Positions 27,532 to 37,325 of a DNA stretch of 44,766 nt are shown here, piece after piece. Source of the stretch: Vectrevirus DIJ06P1. Within the stretch, counting starts at the first letter, position 1; each line of letters starts with the position of its first letter. The position numbers and the translations under genes are program-made. The stretch lies in the sequence record OZ035817.1, one strand, 5' to 3'. The notes under the pieces were generated by a model. That model searched no databases, was not told where the DNA came from, and saw only the letters and a list, made by a program, of their open reading frames with translations.

Positions 27532-27705
27532 ATGGAAGGTAAACTGTATAGAGGGTACTTCGGTAACTTATATAAAGTAAGCTCTCGCGGTTTTGTATTG
27601 ACCTCTGATGATGAAGGTGCAATGTGGCACATAAGTGCATATGGTTCTAACTTAGCACACTTTAAAGAGGCAATAGTCAAAGGTGTGATGAAGGAGGTGA
27701 AATGA
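27532..27705 (+). CDS. hypothetical small protein
   Basis: ATG at 27532; 57 aa; stop overlaps the ligase start. Confidence 0.35.
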   Translation: MEGKLYRGYFGNLYKVSSRGFVLTSDDEGAMWHISAYGSNLAHFKEAIVKGVMKEVK

Positions 27706-28649
27706 ACATCTTCCAATTCCTAGGTCTTCCAGAAGACCACCGCAATCATCCATTCATGCTGGTGAAGCATCGCGGTGAAGTTCCTGAGAAGAAACTTACT
27801 TTTCCATGTTATGCACAGGTGAAACGAGATGGAATATTCAGTGCTGTTGTGGTGCGCAATGATGGTGCTGTTGCCGTCTTTGGTCGTACTGGTAAGAAGC
27901 TCGCAAATGTTGAAGCCTTGGAAAAGACATTTAGTGTATTTCCTGTCGGGTTGTATCTTGGTGAGTTGCAATCTATGGCTGTTGATGTTTATCTTGAAGC
28001 TCTGTCAGGAGTGGTAAACCCTAATCGTACAGAGCCACTTAACTTCATAGGCCAGCAGATTAAAGACAACCTGTATATCGACTTCTTCGATATGTTAACT
28101 ATTAAGGCATTCCATGATGGATTCACTGATGTTTCTTATCTCAAACGTTACGATGCTTTACATCGTCGTATCGGCACTCATCTTAGCGGGTGCAACGCTA
28201 TCCTTCCTATCACTCCTTGCCATAATGAGCGAGAAGTTGAAGCGTTTGCGCAAGAGCAAATAGATGCAGGACGTGAGGGTGCCGTATTCAAACTGGACTG
28301 CGATTATGAAGCAGGACACAAAGGTTATCGTCAGACTAAAGAAGTCCGTAAGGTAACTTATGACCTTACTTGTATTGGCTTTGAAGAAGGTAAAGGTAAA
28401 TACAAAGGTAAGGTAGCTAACCTCATTTTCAAGTGGAAAGGGGGCAAGACAATCAAAGCTATGCTCGGTAAAGGGTGGACTCATGCAGATGCAGAACAGA
28501 TGTTCCACGACATTAAACATGGTGGACGATTGAATGTCATTGGTAAAATCTTTGAAGTCAAAGGTCTTCAGGATTCAAGCAAGGGCAACATTCGTCTGCC
28601 CAAAGCGGGAGAATTAAGACATGACAAAGATGAACCAGATTTCTTTTGA
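27702..28649 (+). CDS. ATP-dependent DNA ligase
   Basis: ATG after GAAGGAGG; adenylation motif KRDG in AQVKRDGIFSAVV; size about 315 aa. Confidence 0.8.
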   Translation: MNIFQFLGLPEDHRNHPFMLVKHRGEVPEKKLTFPCYAQVKRDGIFSAVVVRNDGAVAVFGRTGKKLANVEALEKTFSVFPVGLYLGELQSMAVDVYLEALSGVVNPNRTEPLNFIGQQIKDNLYIDFFDMLTIKAFHDGFTDVSYLKRYDALHRRIGTHLSGCNAILPITPCHNEREVEAFAQEQIDAGREGAVFKLDCDYEAGHKGYRQTKEVRKVTYDLTCIGFEEGKGKYKGKVANLIFKWKGGKTIKAMLGKGWTHADAEQMFHDIKHGGRLNVIGKIFEVKGLQDSSKGNIRLPKAGELRHDKDEPDFF

Positions 28650-28836
28650 TAGCATGAAGGCAACTCGTGCAGTTGAGGTAGCAGAAGCTATCTTTGAAAC
28701 TTTATCCTGTGGCATGGAAGTGCCATATACTTTACTTGCTGATGCAGAAGAACTTGGTCTTTCTGTAGAAGCTATCCAAGAGAAGGTTGACGAATTATAT
28801 GGTACAGACGAAGAAGAAACCGACGATTTCATTTGA
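28621..28836 (+). CDS. hypothetical acidic protein
   Basis: 71-aa ORF; acidic C-terminus. Confidence 0.4.
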   Translation: MTKMNQISFDSMKATRAVEVAEAIFETLSCGMEVPYTLLADAEELGLSVEAIQEKVDELYGTDEEETDDFI

Positions 28837-28840
28837 AGGA

Positions 28841-28969
28841 ATGGAGATGCTTGAGATGATTCTCAAGCCTTCTTCTCCTAAGGTGACTAAGACTCATGAA
28901 GAGTTAATCGTTGATGAAGTTAAGCGTTACATCATGGATTGTGTCAGAGCACAACTGGTGGTCCAATGA
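28841..28969 (+). CDS. hypothetical small protein, 42 aa
   Basis: ATG at 28841 after AAGGA; fills the gap before the acetyltransferase gene. Confidence 0.25.
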   Translation: MEMLEMILKPSSPKVTKTHEELIVDEVKRYIMDCVRAQLVVQ

Positions 28970-29427
28970 TACGTCCAGCTTCCTTCCTAGATATTCCTGA
29001 GATTATAAACCTTGGGAATAAATATGTGGAAGAGGAAGTCAAGGTTGTAGCCCACCACTCAGCCTCATGGAATGCAGAACAAAGTGCACATAACCTTTGT
29101 GCATCTCTTAGTAGAGAAGATTTATTCCTATGGGTTGCTGTAGATGAAGGGCAGATTGTAGGGTTCCTGTGGGCTGGCTATCACGAGTTGGCCCCTTGGA
29201 CACCTGTAAGAGTTGCCTCTGACATTCTCTTTTATATTATACCAGAGAGGCGAGGAACCCTACTTGGTATGCGTCTCATCAAAGCCCTAAAGCAATGGGC
29301 TAGTGATAATGAATGCTCTGAGGTTCGCCTGTCTATCGCCTCTGGTATTAATGAAGAACGTGTCGGACGTATGTATAAGCGACTTGGCTTTGAACCGTTT
29401 GGCACTGTGTATAACCTGAAGTTCTAA
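28966..29427 (+). CDS. GNAT-family N-acetyltransferase
   Basis: ATG at 28966; acetyl-CoA-binding motif RRGTLLGMRL and C-terminal YKRLGFEP are typical of GNAT enzymes. Confidence 0.7.
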   Translation: MIRPASFLDIPEIINLGNKYVEEEVKVVAHHSASWNAEQSAHNLCASLSREDLFLWVAVDEGQIVGFLWAGYHELAPWTPVRVASDILFYIIPERRGTLLGMRLIKALKQWASDNECSEVRLSIASGINEERVGRMYKRLGFEPFGTVYNLKF

Positions 29428-29436
29428 GGAGATAAC

Positions 29437-29646
29437 ATGGGTGTTGTAAAGAAAGCATTTAAGGCTATCGGTCTTGCTCAAGATGCACCACGTATTGAAG
29501 CCAAAGTCCCAGCACAGCAGCTTGAGCGTAAGCCTGAGACTGAAGCTGAAGATATTCAAATTGGTGCAGGTGGTGATGATGCGACTGCATCTGCAAAAGG
29601 TAAGCGCGGCCTTGTCCGTCCGGTAGCTTCTAGCTTGAAGGTGTAA
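29437..29646 (+). CDS. small basic/acidic virion-associated protein (gp6.7-like by position)
   Basis: 69-aa ORF immediately upstream of the portal gene. Confidence 0.4.
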   Translation: MGVVKKAFKAIGLAQDAPRIEAKVPAQQLERKPETEAEDIQIGAGGDDATASAKGKRGLVRPVASSLKV

Positions 29647-29647
29647 T

Positions 29648-31198
29648 ATGAAACAGAGCACAGATTTGGAGTATGGAGGTAAGCGGTCTAAGATACCTAA
29701 GCTATGGGAGAAGTTCTCCACTAAACGTAGCTCTTTCCTTGATAGGGCGAAGCATTACTCCAAATTAACCTTGCCCTATCTGATGAATGACAAAGGTGAT
29801 AACGAGACTTCGCAGAATGGATGGCAAGGTGTAGGTGCTCAGGCAACTAATCATCTAGCCAACAAGCTAGCGCAAGTACTATTCCCTGCACAGCGTTCCT
29901 TCTTCCGTGTAGACTTAACTGCACAAGGTGAGAAGGTTCTTAATCAGCGTGGCCTGAAGAAGACAGAGCTAGCTACCATCTTCGCTCAAGTGGAAACACG
30001 GGCAATGAAAGAGTTAGAGCAACGTCAATTCCGGCCTGCTGTAGTGGAAGCATTCAAGCATCTTATTGTTGCTGGTAGCTGTATACTATACAAGCCGAGC
30101 AAAGGTGCAATCAGTGCTATCCCAATGCATCACTACGTAGTTAACCGTGATACCAATGGCGACCTGTTAGACATTATCTTGCTACAAGAGAAAGCCTTAC
30201 GTACCTTTGACCCAGCTACACGTGCTGTAGTAGAGGTTGGCCTGAAAGGTAAGAAGTGCAAGGAAGATGACAGCGTTAAGCTGTACACACATGCTAAGTA
30301 TCTTGGTGATGGATTTTGGGAACTCAAGCAATCTGCTGATGATATTCCTGTAGGTAAGGTTAGTAAGATCAAATCAGAAAAGCTACCTTTCATCCCATTA
30401 ACTTGGAAGAGAAGCTATGGTGAGGATTGGGGTCGCCCTCTTGCAGAGGATTACTCAGGTGACTTATTCGTTATCCAATTCTTATCTGAAGCAGTTGCCC
30501 GTGGTGCTGCACTGATGGCAGATATTAAGTACCTGATTCGTCCGGGTGCTCAAACTGATGTTGACCACTTTGTTAACTCTGGCACTGGTGAAGTTGTCAC
30601 TGGTGTAGAAGAAGATATCCATATTGTACAGTTAGGTAAGTATGCAGACCTCACACCTATTAGCGCGGTTCTAGAGGTGTACACTCGCCGTATCGGTGTT
30701 GTCTTCATGATGGAGACAATGACACGCCGTGACGCCGAACGTGTTACTGCTGTAGAAATCCAGCGAGATGCGTTAGAGATTGAGCAGAACATGGGTGGGG
30801 TATACTCCCTCTTTGCTACTACTATGCAATCGCCAGTAGCGATGTGGGGTCTGCTGGAGGCAGGGGAGTCCTTCACTAGTGACTTAGTGGACCCTGTGAT
30901 TATCACAGGTATTGAAGCTTTAGGACGCATGGCTGAGTTGGATAAACTGGCTAACTTTGCTCAGTATATGTCACTGCCATTACAATGGCCTGAGCCTGTC
31001 CTAGCTGCTGTGAAATGGCCTGACTATATGGATTGGGTGCGTGGTCAAATCTCTGCTGAACTGCCGTTCCTTAAATCAGCTGAAGAGATGGCACAAGAAC
31101 AGGAAGCACAGATGCAAGCACAGCAAGCACAGATGCTTGAAGAAGGTGTGGCTAAGGCCGTGCCGGGTGTAATTCAACAAGAACTTAAGGAGGCGTAA
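29648..31198 (+). CDS. portal (head-to-tail connector) protein
   Basis: 516 aa; WQGVGAQATNHLANKLAQVLFP matches the conserved N-terminal block of T7 gp8 as I recall it. Confidence 0.9.
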   Translation: MKQSTDLEYGGKRSKIPKLWEKFSTKRSSFLDRAKHYSKLTLPYLMNDKGDNETSQNGWQGVGAQATNHLANKLAQVLFPAQRSFFRVDLTAQGEKVLNQRGLKKTELATIFAQVETRAMKELEQRQFRPAVVEAFKHLIVAGSCILYKPSKGAISAIPMHHYVVNRDTNGDLLDIILLQEKALRTFDPATRAVVEVGLKGKKCKEDDSVKLYTHAKYLGDGFWELKQSADDIPVGKVSKIKSEKLPFIPLTWKRSYGEDWGRPLAEDYSGDLFVIQFLSEAVARGAALMADIKYLIRPGAQTDVDHFVNSGTGEVVTGVEEDIHIVQLGKYADLTPISAVLEVYTRRIGVVFMMETMTRRDAERVTAVEIQRDALEIEQNMGGVYSLFATTMQSPVAMWGLLEAGESFTSDLVDPVIITGIEALGRMAELDKLANFAQYMSLPLQWPEPVLAAVKWPDYMDWVRGQISAELPFLKSAEEMAQEQEAQMQAQQAQMLEEGVAKAVPGVIQQELKEA

Positions 31199-32118
31199 TG
31201 TCTTTCTCATTTACTGAACCGTCAACCACTCACCCTACTGCTGAAGAGGGTCCGGTAGAAACCAAGGAGGTAACAACTGATGCTGCTACTACTGATACTC
31301 CTGCTGACGCTGGCACTGCTGTACAAGATGACAATGCTGGTGCACAACCTACTGAAGACACCGGAGGAGAAGCTTCTGGACAGCCTTCAGAAAAAGGAGA
31401 CAATGGCGGAGAGAATGGTGAACCTAAGCCAGATGATACCGCGACCGACACTGAGGAAGTGCAATACTTCTTCGGAGAACATGAAGTAACAGTAGACATC
31501 CCACAGGATGTAACTGACAGCCTTAAAGAGAAAGGCATTGATGCCAAGCAGGTTGCCAAGGAACTCTATTCCAAAGGTGGCAAGTTTGAACTGTCAGATG
31601 CAACCAAGCAGAAATTGTATGATGCTTTTGGCAAGTTTGCGGTAGATGCTTACCTGTCAGGTCTAAAGGCTCAAAATGAAGCCTTCTTCCTGAAAGAAGC
31701 CAACGCAGCTAAAGAGTTGGAAGCAGCTAACACCCAACGCTTCTCTGATGTTTCTAAGGAAATTGGTGGCGAAGAAGGTTGGTCCCGTCTTGAGGAGTGG
31801 GCACTTGAAGCGCTGTCTGATGACGAACTAATGGCATTCAATGCGGTGATGGAATCTGGCAACCAGTACCTCCAGCAGTACGCTGTGCGTGAACTGGAGA
31901 GCCGCCGTAAGGCTGCACAGGGTGATGATAAGCCATCCCTGATTGAGCCATCAGCACCTGCTAAGGTTAATGAAGAGAATGGCCCACTGACGCGAGATCA
32001 GTACGTTCAAGCAATCGCAACTCTTAGCCAGAAGTACGGCAATGACCGTAAAGCTATGGCAGAAGCTCAGGCTAAACTGGACGCCCGTCGCCGTGCTGGC
32101 ATGGCTCGCGGTATCTAA
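31198..32118 (+). CDS. capsid assembly scaffolding protein
   Basis: Acidic 306-aa protein between portal and capsid; ATG overlaps the portal stop. Confidence 0.7.
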   Translation: MSFSFTEPSTTHPTAEEGPVETKEVTTDAATTDTPADAGTAVQDDNAGAQPTEDTGGEASGQPSEKGDNGGENGEPKPDDTATDTEEVQYFFGEHEVTVDIPQDVTDSLKEKGIDAKQVAKELYSKGGKFELSDATKQKLYDAFGKFAVDAYLSGLKAQNEAFFLKEANAAKELEAANTQRFSDVSKEIGGEEGWSRLEEWALEALSDDELMAFNAVMESGNQYLQQYAVRELESRRKAAQGDDKPSLIEPSAPAKVNEENGPLTRDQYVQAIATLSQKYGNDRKAMAEAQAKLDARRRAGMARGI

Positions 32119-32124
32119 TTCAGT

Positions 32125-32148
32125 ATTTACCGGACACTATAGAAGGGA
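32125..32148 (+). promoter_or_regulatory. SP6-type phage RNAP promoter driving the capsid gene
   Basis: ATTTACCGGACACTATAGAAGGGAG, 50 nt upstream of the capsid start. Confidence 0.8.
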
Positions 32149-32197
32149 GAAAAGTTCTCCCTAGTTATCAATTTGATTTATAAGGAGATTATAATAC

Positions 32198-33409
32198 ATG
32201 TCTACACCGAATACTCTGACTAACGTTGCTGTATCTGCATCCGGTGAGGTTGACAGCCTTCTCATTGAGAAGTTTAATGGTAAGGTCAATGAGCAGTACC
32301 TGAAAGGTGAGAACATTCTGTCCTACTTTGATGTACAAACTGTTACTGGCACTAACACAGTGAGCAACAAATATTTGGGCGAAACTGAGTTGCAGGTGCT
32401 AGCACCGGGTCAGTCTCCTAATGCCACCCCTACTCAGGCAGATAAAAACCAGTTGGTAATTGATACCACTGTCATTGCTCGTAACACTGTGGCTCACATC
32501 CACGATGTACAAGGTGACATCGATAGCCTGAAACCAAAACTGGCTATGAACCAAGCCAAGCAACTGAAACGTCTGGAAGACCAGATGGCAATTCAGCAGA
32601 TGCTGTTAGGCGGTATTGCTAACACCAAGGCCAAACGTAACAAGCCGCGTGTTAAAGGGCATGGCTTCTCTATCAACGTTAACGTAACTGAGAGTGAAGC
32701 ACTGGCTAACCCTCAGTATGTTATGGCTGCGGTAGAGTATGCTCTGGAGCAACAGCTTGAGCAGGAAGTGGACATCTCTGATGTAGCTATCATGATGCCG
32801 TGGAAGTTCTTCAATGCTCTGCGTGATGCAGACCGAATTGTAGATAAGACTTACACTATCAGCCAGTCTGGTGCAACCATTAATGGCTTCGTTCTCTCTT
32901 CTTATAACTGCCCTGTGATCCCGTCTAACCGATTCCCTACCTTCGCTCAGAATCAGGCTCACCACCTGTTGTCTAATGAAGATAACGGCTATCGTTATGA
33001 CCCTATCGCAGAGATGAATGGTGCAGTTGCTGTTCTGTTCACTGCCGACGCACTGCTGGTGGGTCGTACCATTGAAGTGACTGGTGACATCTTCTATGAG
33101 AAGAAAGAGAAGACTTATTACATTGACACCTTCATGGCTGAGGGTGCAATCCCTGACCGTTGGGAAGCAGTGTCTGTAGTTACCACTAAACGTAATGCAA
33201 CTACTGGTGTTGCTGAAGGTTCTGGTGGTGATGATCACGCAACCGTACTGGCTCGTGCACAGCGTAAGGCTGTATATGTCAAAACCGAAGGTGCTGCGGC
33301 TGCATTCTCTGCTGCCCCAGCAGGTATCCAAGCGGAAGACCTTGTAGCGGCGGTACGTGCTGTAATGGCAAATGACATCAAGCCGACTGCAATGAAACCT
33401 GCTGAGTAA
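32198..33409 (+). CDS. major capsid protein
   Basis: 403 aa; own promoter upstream and terminator downstream; position between scaffold and tail tube genes. Confidence 0.85.
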   Translation: MSTPNTLTNVAVSASGEVDSLLIEKFNGKVNEQYLKGENILSYFDVQTVTGTNTVSNKYLGETELQVLAPGQSPNATPTQADKNQLVIDTTVIARNTVAHIHDVQGDIDSLKPKLAMNQAKQLKRLEDQMAIQQMLLGGIANTKAKRNKPRVKGHGFSINVNVTESEALANPQYVMAAVEYALEQQLEQEVDISDVAIMMPWKFFNALRDADRIVDKTYTISQSGATINGFVLSSYNCPVIPSNRFPTFAQNQAHHLLSNEDNGYRYDPIAEMNGAVAVLFTADALLVGRTIEVTGDIFYEKKEKTYYIDTFMAEGAIPDRWEAVSVVTTKRNATTGVAEGSGGDDHATVLARAQRKAVYVKTEGAAAAFSAAPAGIQAEDLVAAVRAVMANDIKPTAMKPAE

Positions 33410-33416
33410 TACCTAT

Positions 33417-33451
33417 GCCCTATCTACCTTGCGTAGGTAGGGTTCTTTTTG
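33417..33451 (+). terminator. intrinsic terminator after the capsid gene (T-phi analogue)
   Basis: CCCTATCTACC - loop - GTAGGTAGGG followed by TTCTTTTTG; 10-bp stem. Confidence 0.7.
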
Positions 33452-33463
33452 TTAGGAGGATTC

Positions 33464-34201
33464 ATGCCTGTTATTAAACAACAAAGTTACACTGGCTATA
33501 CTGTCTCAGATGTAGCCTTTCAAGTGATTGATAGTAAGCTGGAGGCTGTTAACCTTTGTATGCGAGCCATTGGTCGTGAGGGTGTGGATTCTCTCGACTC
33601 AGGCGACCTTGATGCTGAAGATGCTAGCAAAATGATTGATATCGTCTCCCAACGTTTCCAATACAACAAAGGAGGTGGTTGGTGGTTTAACCGTGAGCCT
33701 AACTGGCAGCTTGCACCAGATACTAATGGTGAGGTTAACTTACCTAATAACTGCCTAGCAGTATTGCAGTGTTATGCTTTAGGTGAAAAGAAAGTACCTA
33801 TGACTATGCGAGCAGGTAAGCTCTACTCTACATGGAGTCATACCTTTGATATGCGTAAGCATGTGAATGCTAATGGTATGATTCGTCTTACCTTACTCAC
33901 CTTACTACCCTACGAGCATTTACCTACAAGTGTAATGCAGGCTATTGCCTATCAAGCTGCTGTAGAGTTTATTGTGTCTAAGGATGCAGATCAGACTAAG
34001 CTAGCCACTGCGCAGCAGATAGCCACTCAGCTTCTTATGGATGTACAATCTGAGCAAATGTCACAGAAGCGATTAAACATGCTGGTACATAACCCCACTC
34101 AGCGTCAGTTTGGTATCATGGCTGGTGGCTCTCAGAATGTGCCTGCTTACTCTCATTCACCTTATGAGAGTTGGGCGCTCCGTCCGTGGGAGGATCGTTA
34201 A
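33464..34201 (+). CDS. tail tubular protein A (gp11-like)
   Basis: ATG at 33464 after AGGAGGA; position and size as in T7. Confidence 0.8.
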   Translation: MPVIKQQSYTGYTVSDVAFQVIDSKLEAVNLCMRAIGREGVDSLDSGDLDAEDASKMIDIVSQRFQYNKGGGWWFNREPNWQLAPDTNGEVNLPNNCLAVLQCYALGEKKVPMTMRAGKLYSTWSHTFDMRKHVNANGMIRLTLLTLLPYEHLPTSVMQAIAYQAAVEFIVSKDADQTKLATAQQIATQLLMDVQSEQMSQKRLNMLVHNPTQRQFGIMAGGSQNVPAYSHSPYESWALRPWEDR

Positions 34202-36603
34202 TGGAAGTACAAGGTTCATTAGGTAGACAAATCCAAGGGATTAGCCAGCAGCCGCCAGCGGTACGCTTGGATGGTCAGTGCACAGCTATGGTTAATATGA
34301 TACCTGATGTAGTGAATGGTACTCAATCACGCATGGGTACAACTCATATTGCAAAGATACTTGATGCTGGGACTGATGACATGGCTATTCATCATTATCG
34401 CAGAGGTGATGGTGATGAAGAGTATTTCTTCACGTTGAAGAAAGGACAAGTTCCTGAGATATTTGATAAGTATGGGCGCAAATGTAATGTGACTTCACAA
34501 GATGCACCTATGACCTACCTCTCTGAGGTTGTTAATCCAAGGGAAGATGTACAATTCATGACGATAGCTGATGTTACTTTCATGCTTAATCGTAGGAAAG
34601 TAGTTAAAGCTAGTAACAGGAAGTCACCTAAAGTTGGAAACAAAGCCATTGTGTTTTGTGCGTATGGTCAATATGGTACATCTTATTCCATTGTAATTAA
34701 TGGGACCAACGCTGCTAGTTTTAAAACACCGGATGGTGGAAGTGCAGACCATGTTGAACAAATTCGAACTGAACGTATCACTTCTGAATTGTACTCTAAG
34801 TTGCAGCAATGGAGCGGTGTGAGTGACTATGAAATACAAAGAGACGGTACTAGTATATTTATCGAGAGACGGGATGGTGCTAGCTTTACAATAACAACCA
34901 CCGATGGTGCAAAAGGTAAGGACTTAGTGGCTATCAAGAATAAAGTTAGCTCTACTGACCTACTCCCTTCTCGTGCGCCTGCTGGTTATAAAGTACAAGT
35001 GTGGCCTACTGGCAGCAAACCTGAGTCTCGTTACTGGCTGCAAGCTGAGCCTAAAGAGGGAAACCTTGTGTCTTGGAAAGAAACAATAGCTGCTGATGTA
35101 TTACTTGGGTTTGATAAAGGCACAATGCCTTACATTATTGAACGTACAGATATCATCAACGGCATAGCTCAATTCAAGATAAGACAAGGTGATTGGGAAG
35201 ATCGTAAAGTAGGGGATGACTTGACTAACCCTATGCCCTCTTTTATTGATGAGGAGGTACCCCAGACAATAGGTGGAATGTTCATGGTGCAGAACCGCCT
35301 ATGCTTTACAGCAGGTGAAGCGGTTATTGCTTCTCGTACATCATACTTCTTCGATTTCTTTCGTTATACGGTTATCTCTGCATTGGCAACTGACCCATTT
35401 GATATTTTCTCAGATGCTAGTGAAGTCTACCAGCTAAAACATGCAGTGACCTTAGATGGCGCTACCGTGTTGTTCTCTGATAAGTCACAATTCATACTGC
35501 CAGGCGATAAGCCTTTAGAGAAGTCAAATGCACTGCTTAAGCCTGTTACAACATTTGAAGTGAACAATAAAGTGAAGCCAGTAGTAACTGGTGAATCGGT
35601 AATGTTTGCCACTAATGATGGTTCTTACTCTGGTGTACGAGAGTTCTATACAGACTCTTATAGTGACACTAAGAAGGCACAAGCAATCACAAGTCATGTG
35701 AATAAACTCATCGAAGGTAACATTACCAACATGGCAGCAAGCACCAATGTCAACAGGTTACTTGTCACTACCGATAAGTATCGTAACATAATCTACTGCT
35801 ACGATTGGTTATGGCAAGGAACAGACCGTGTACAATCGGCATGGCATGTATGGAAGTGGCCTATAGGTACAAAGGTGCGAGGTATGTTTTATTCTGGTGA
35901 ATTACTTTACCTGCTCCTTGAGCGAGGAGATGGCGTATATCTGGAGAAGATGGATATGGGTGATGCACTAACCTACGGTTTGAATGACCGCATCAGAATG
36001 GATAGGCAAGCAGAGTTAGTCTTCAAGCATTTTAAAGCAGAAGATGAATGGGTGTCTGAACCTCTTCCTTGGACCCCTACTAACCCAGAGCTTTTGGATT
36101 GCATCTTAATAGAAGGATGGGATTCATATATTGGTGGCTCTTTCCTATTCAAATACAACCCCGGTGATAACACCTTGTCTACAACCTTTGATATGCATGA
36201 TGATAGCCACGTAAAAGCGAAGGTTATTGTTGGTCAGATTTACCCTCAAGAGTTTGAACCAACACCTGTAGTTATCAGAGATAGGCAAGACCGTGTATCC
36301 TATATTGATGTACCTGTTGTGGGATTAGTTCACCTTAATCTTGATATGTATCCTGATTTCTCCGTGGAGGTTAAGAATGTGAAGAGTGGTAAAGTACGCA
36401 GGGTGCTAGCGTCAAACCGTATAGGTGGTGCTCTCAACAATACAGTAGGTTATGTTGAACCAAGAGAGGGTGTCTTCAGATTCCCACTGAGGGCTAAGAG
36501 TACGGATGCTGTTTATCGTATTATTGTAGAATCACCTCACACATTCCAGCTCCGCGATATTGAGTGGGAAGGGAGCTACAATCCAACCAAAAGGAGGGTC
36601 TAA
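34201..36603 (+). CDS. tail tubular protein B (gp12-like)
   Basis: ATG overlaps the upstream stop; N-terminal GISQQP matches the conserved start of T7 gp12 as I recall it. Confidence 0.85.
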   Translation: MEVQGSLGRQIQGISQQPPAVRLDGQCTAMVNMIPDVVNGTQSRMGTTHIAKILDAGTDDMAIHHYRRGDGDEEYFFTLKKGQVPEIFDKYGRKCNVTSQDAPMTYLSEVVNPREDVQFMTIADVTFMLNRRKVVKASNRKSPKVGNKAIVFCAYGQYGTSYSIVINGTNAASFKTPDGGSADHVEQIRTERITSELYSKLQQWSGVSDYEIQRDGTSIFIERRDGASFTITTTDGAKGKDLVAIKNKVSSTDLLPSRAPAGYKVQVWPTGSKPESRYWLQAEPKEGNLVSWKETIAADVLLGFDKGTMPYIIERTDIINGIAQFKIRQGDWEDRKVGDDLTNPMPSFIDEEVPQTIGGMFMVQNRLCFTAGEAVIASRTSYFFDFFRYTVISALATDPFDIFSDASEVYQLKHAVTLDGATVLFSDKSQFILPGDKPLEKSNALLKPVTTFEVNNKVKPVVTGESVMFATNDGSYSGVREFYTDSYSDTKKAQAITSHVNKLIEGNITNMAASTNVNRLLVTTDKYRNIIYCYDWLWQGTDRVQSAWHVWKWPIGTKVRGMFYSGELLYLLLERGDGVYLEKMDMGDALTYGLNDRIRMDRQAELVFKHFKAEDEWVSEPLPWTPTNPELLDCILIEGWDSYIGGSFLFKYNPGDNTLSTTFDMHDDSHVKAKVIVGQIYPQEFEPTPVVIRDRQDRVSYIDVPVVGLVHLNLDMYPDFSVEVKNVKSGKVRRVLASNRIGGALNNTVGYVEPREGVFRFPLRAKSTDAVYRIIVESPHTFQLRDIEWEGSYNPTKRRV

Positions 36604-37325
36604 TGGCTATAGGTTCTGCCGTTATGGCTGGTATGTCTTCTATTGGTAGTATGTTTACAGGCAGCGGTGCAGCAGCCGCTGCTGGAGGTGCTGCCGCAGG
36701 TGGCGGAGGCTTGCTAGGTTCTCTAGGTGGCTTCCTAAGCGGCTCTACTGCTGGCTTCTCTAATGCTGGGCTTCTTGGTGCTGGCCTTCAAGGTTTAGGC
36801 TTGATTGGTGATCTCTTTGGTGGAAGTGATGAAGCCAAGGCAATGAAGAAAGCACAAGAAGAACAGTGGCGGCAGCAACTTATTGCTACACAAGAAGCAT
36901 ACAAAACAGTAGCAGATGCAGAGCGTTCTGCTGCTAAACAATATCATGCAGATGCAATAAGCAATCAGGCTTCACTACTACAGCAGCGAGCACAGGTTGC
37001 ATTACTAGCAGGTGCTACTGGTACTGGTGGTAACTCTGTATCTTCTATGCTGAATGACTTAGCAGCAGAGGGCGGGAGGAACCAGAGTACAATTATTGAT
37101 AACTATGAGAATCAGAAGATTAACTTCACCAATCAGCTTAAGTCTATCCAGCGAGGTGGACAGATGCAGATGCGTGAGTTTAAGAAGCCTTCTGCCGTGA
37201 GCACCTTGGTGCAAGGTATACCGAGTCTGGCATCTGCCTATGTAACAGGTAGTAAGTCCGGCATGGCTTTAGGTAAAGCTTTAACTGATTCTCGTACATA
37301 TTCATCTGGAACAAGAGGTATTTAA
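36603..37325 (+). CDS. internal virion protein (Gly/Ala-rich)
   Basis: ATG overlaps the upstream stop; Gly/Ala-rich N-terminus then Gln-rich region. Confidence 0.65.
   Translation: MAIGSAVMAGMSSIGSMFTGSGAAAAAGGAAAGGGGLLGSLGGFLSGSTAGFSNAGLLGAGLQGLGLIGDLFGGSDEAKAMKKAQEEQWRQQLIATQEAYKTVADAERSAAKQYHADAISNQASLLQQRAQVALLAGATGTGGNSVSSMLNDLAAEGGRNQSTIIDNYENQKINFTNQLKSIQRGGQMQMREFKKPSAVSTLVQGIPSLASAYVTGSKSGMALGKALTDSRTYSSGTRGI

Noticed and set aside
32606-33331. 241-aa minus-strand ORF inside the capsid gene
   Set aside because: Antisense to the major capsid gene, with no start context and an implausible composition.
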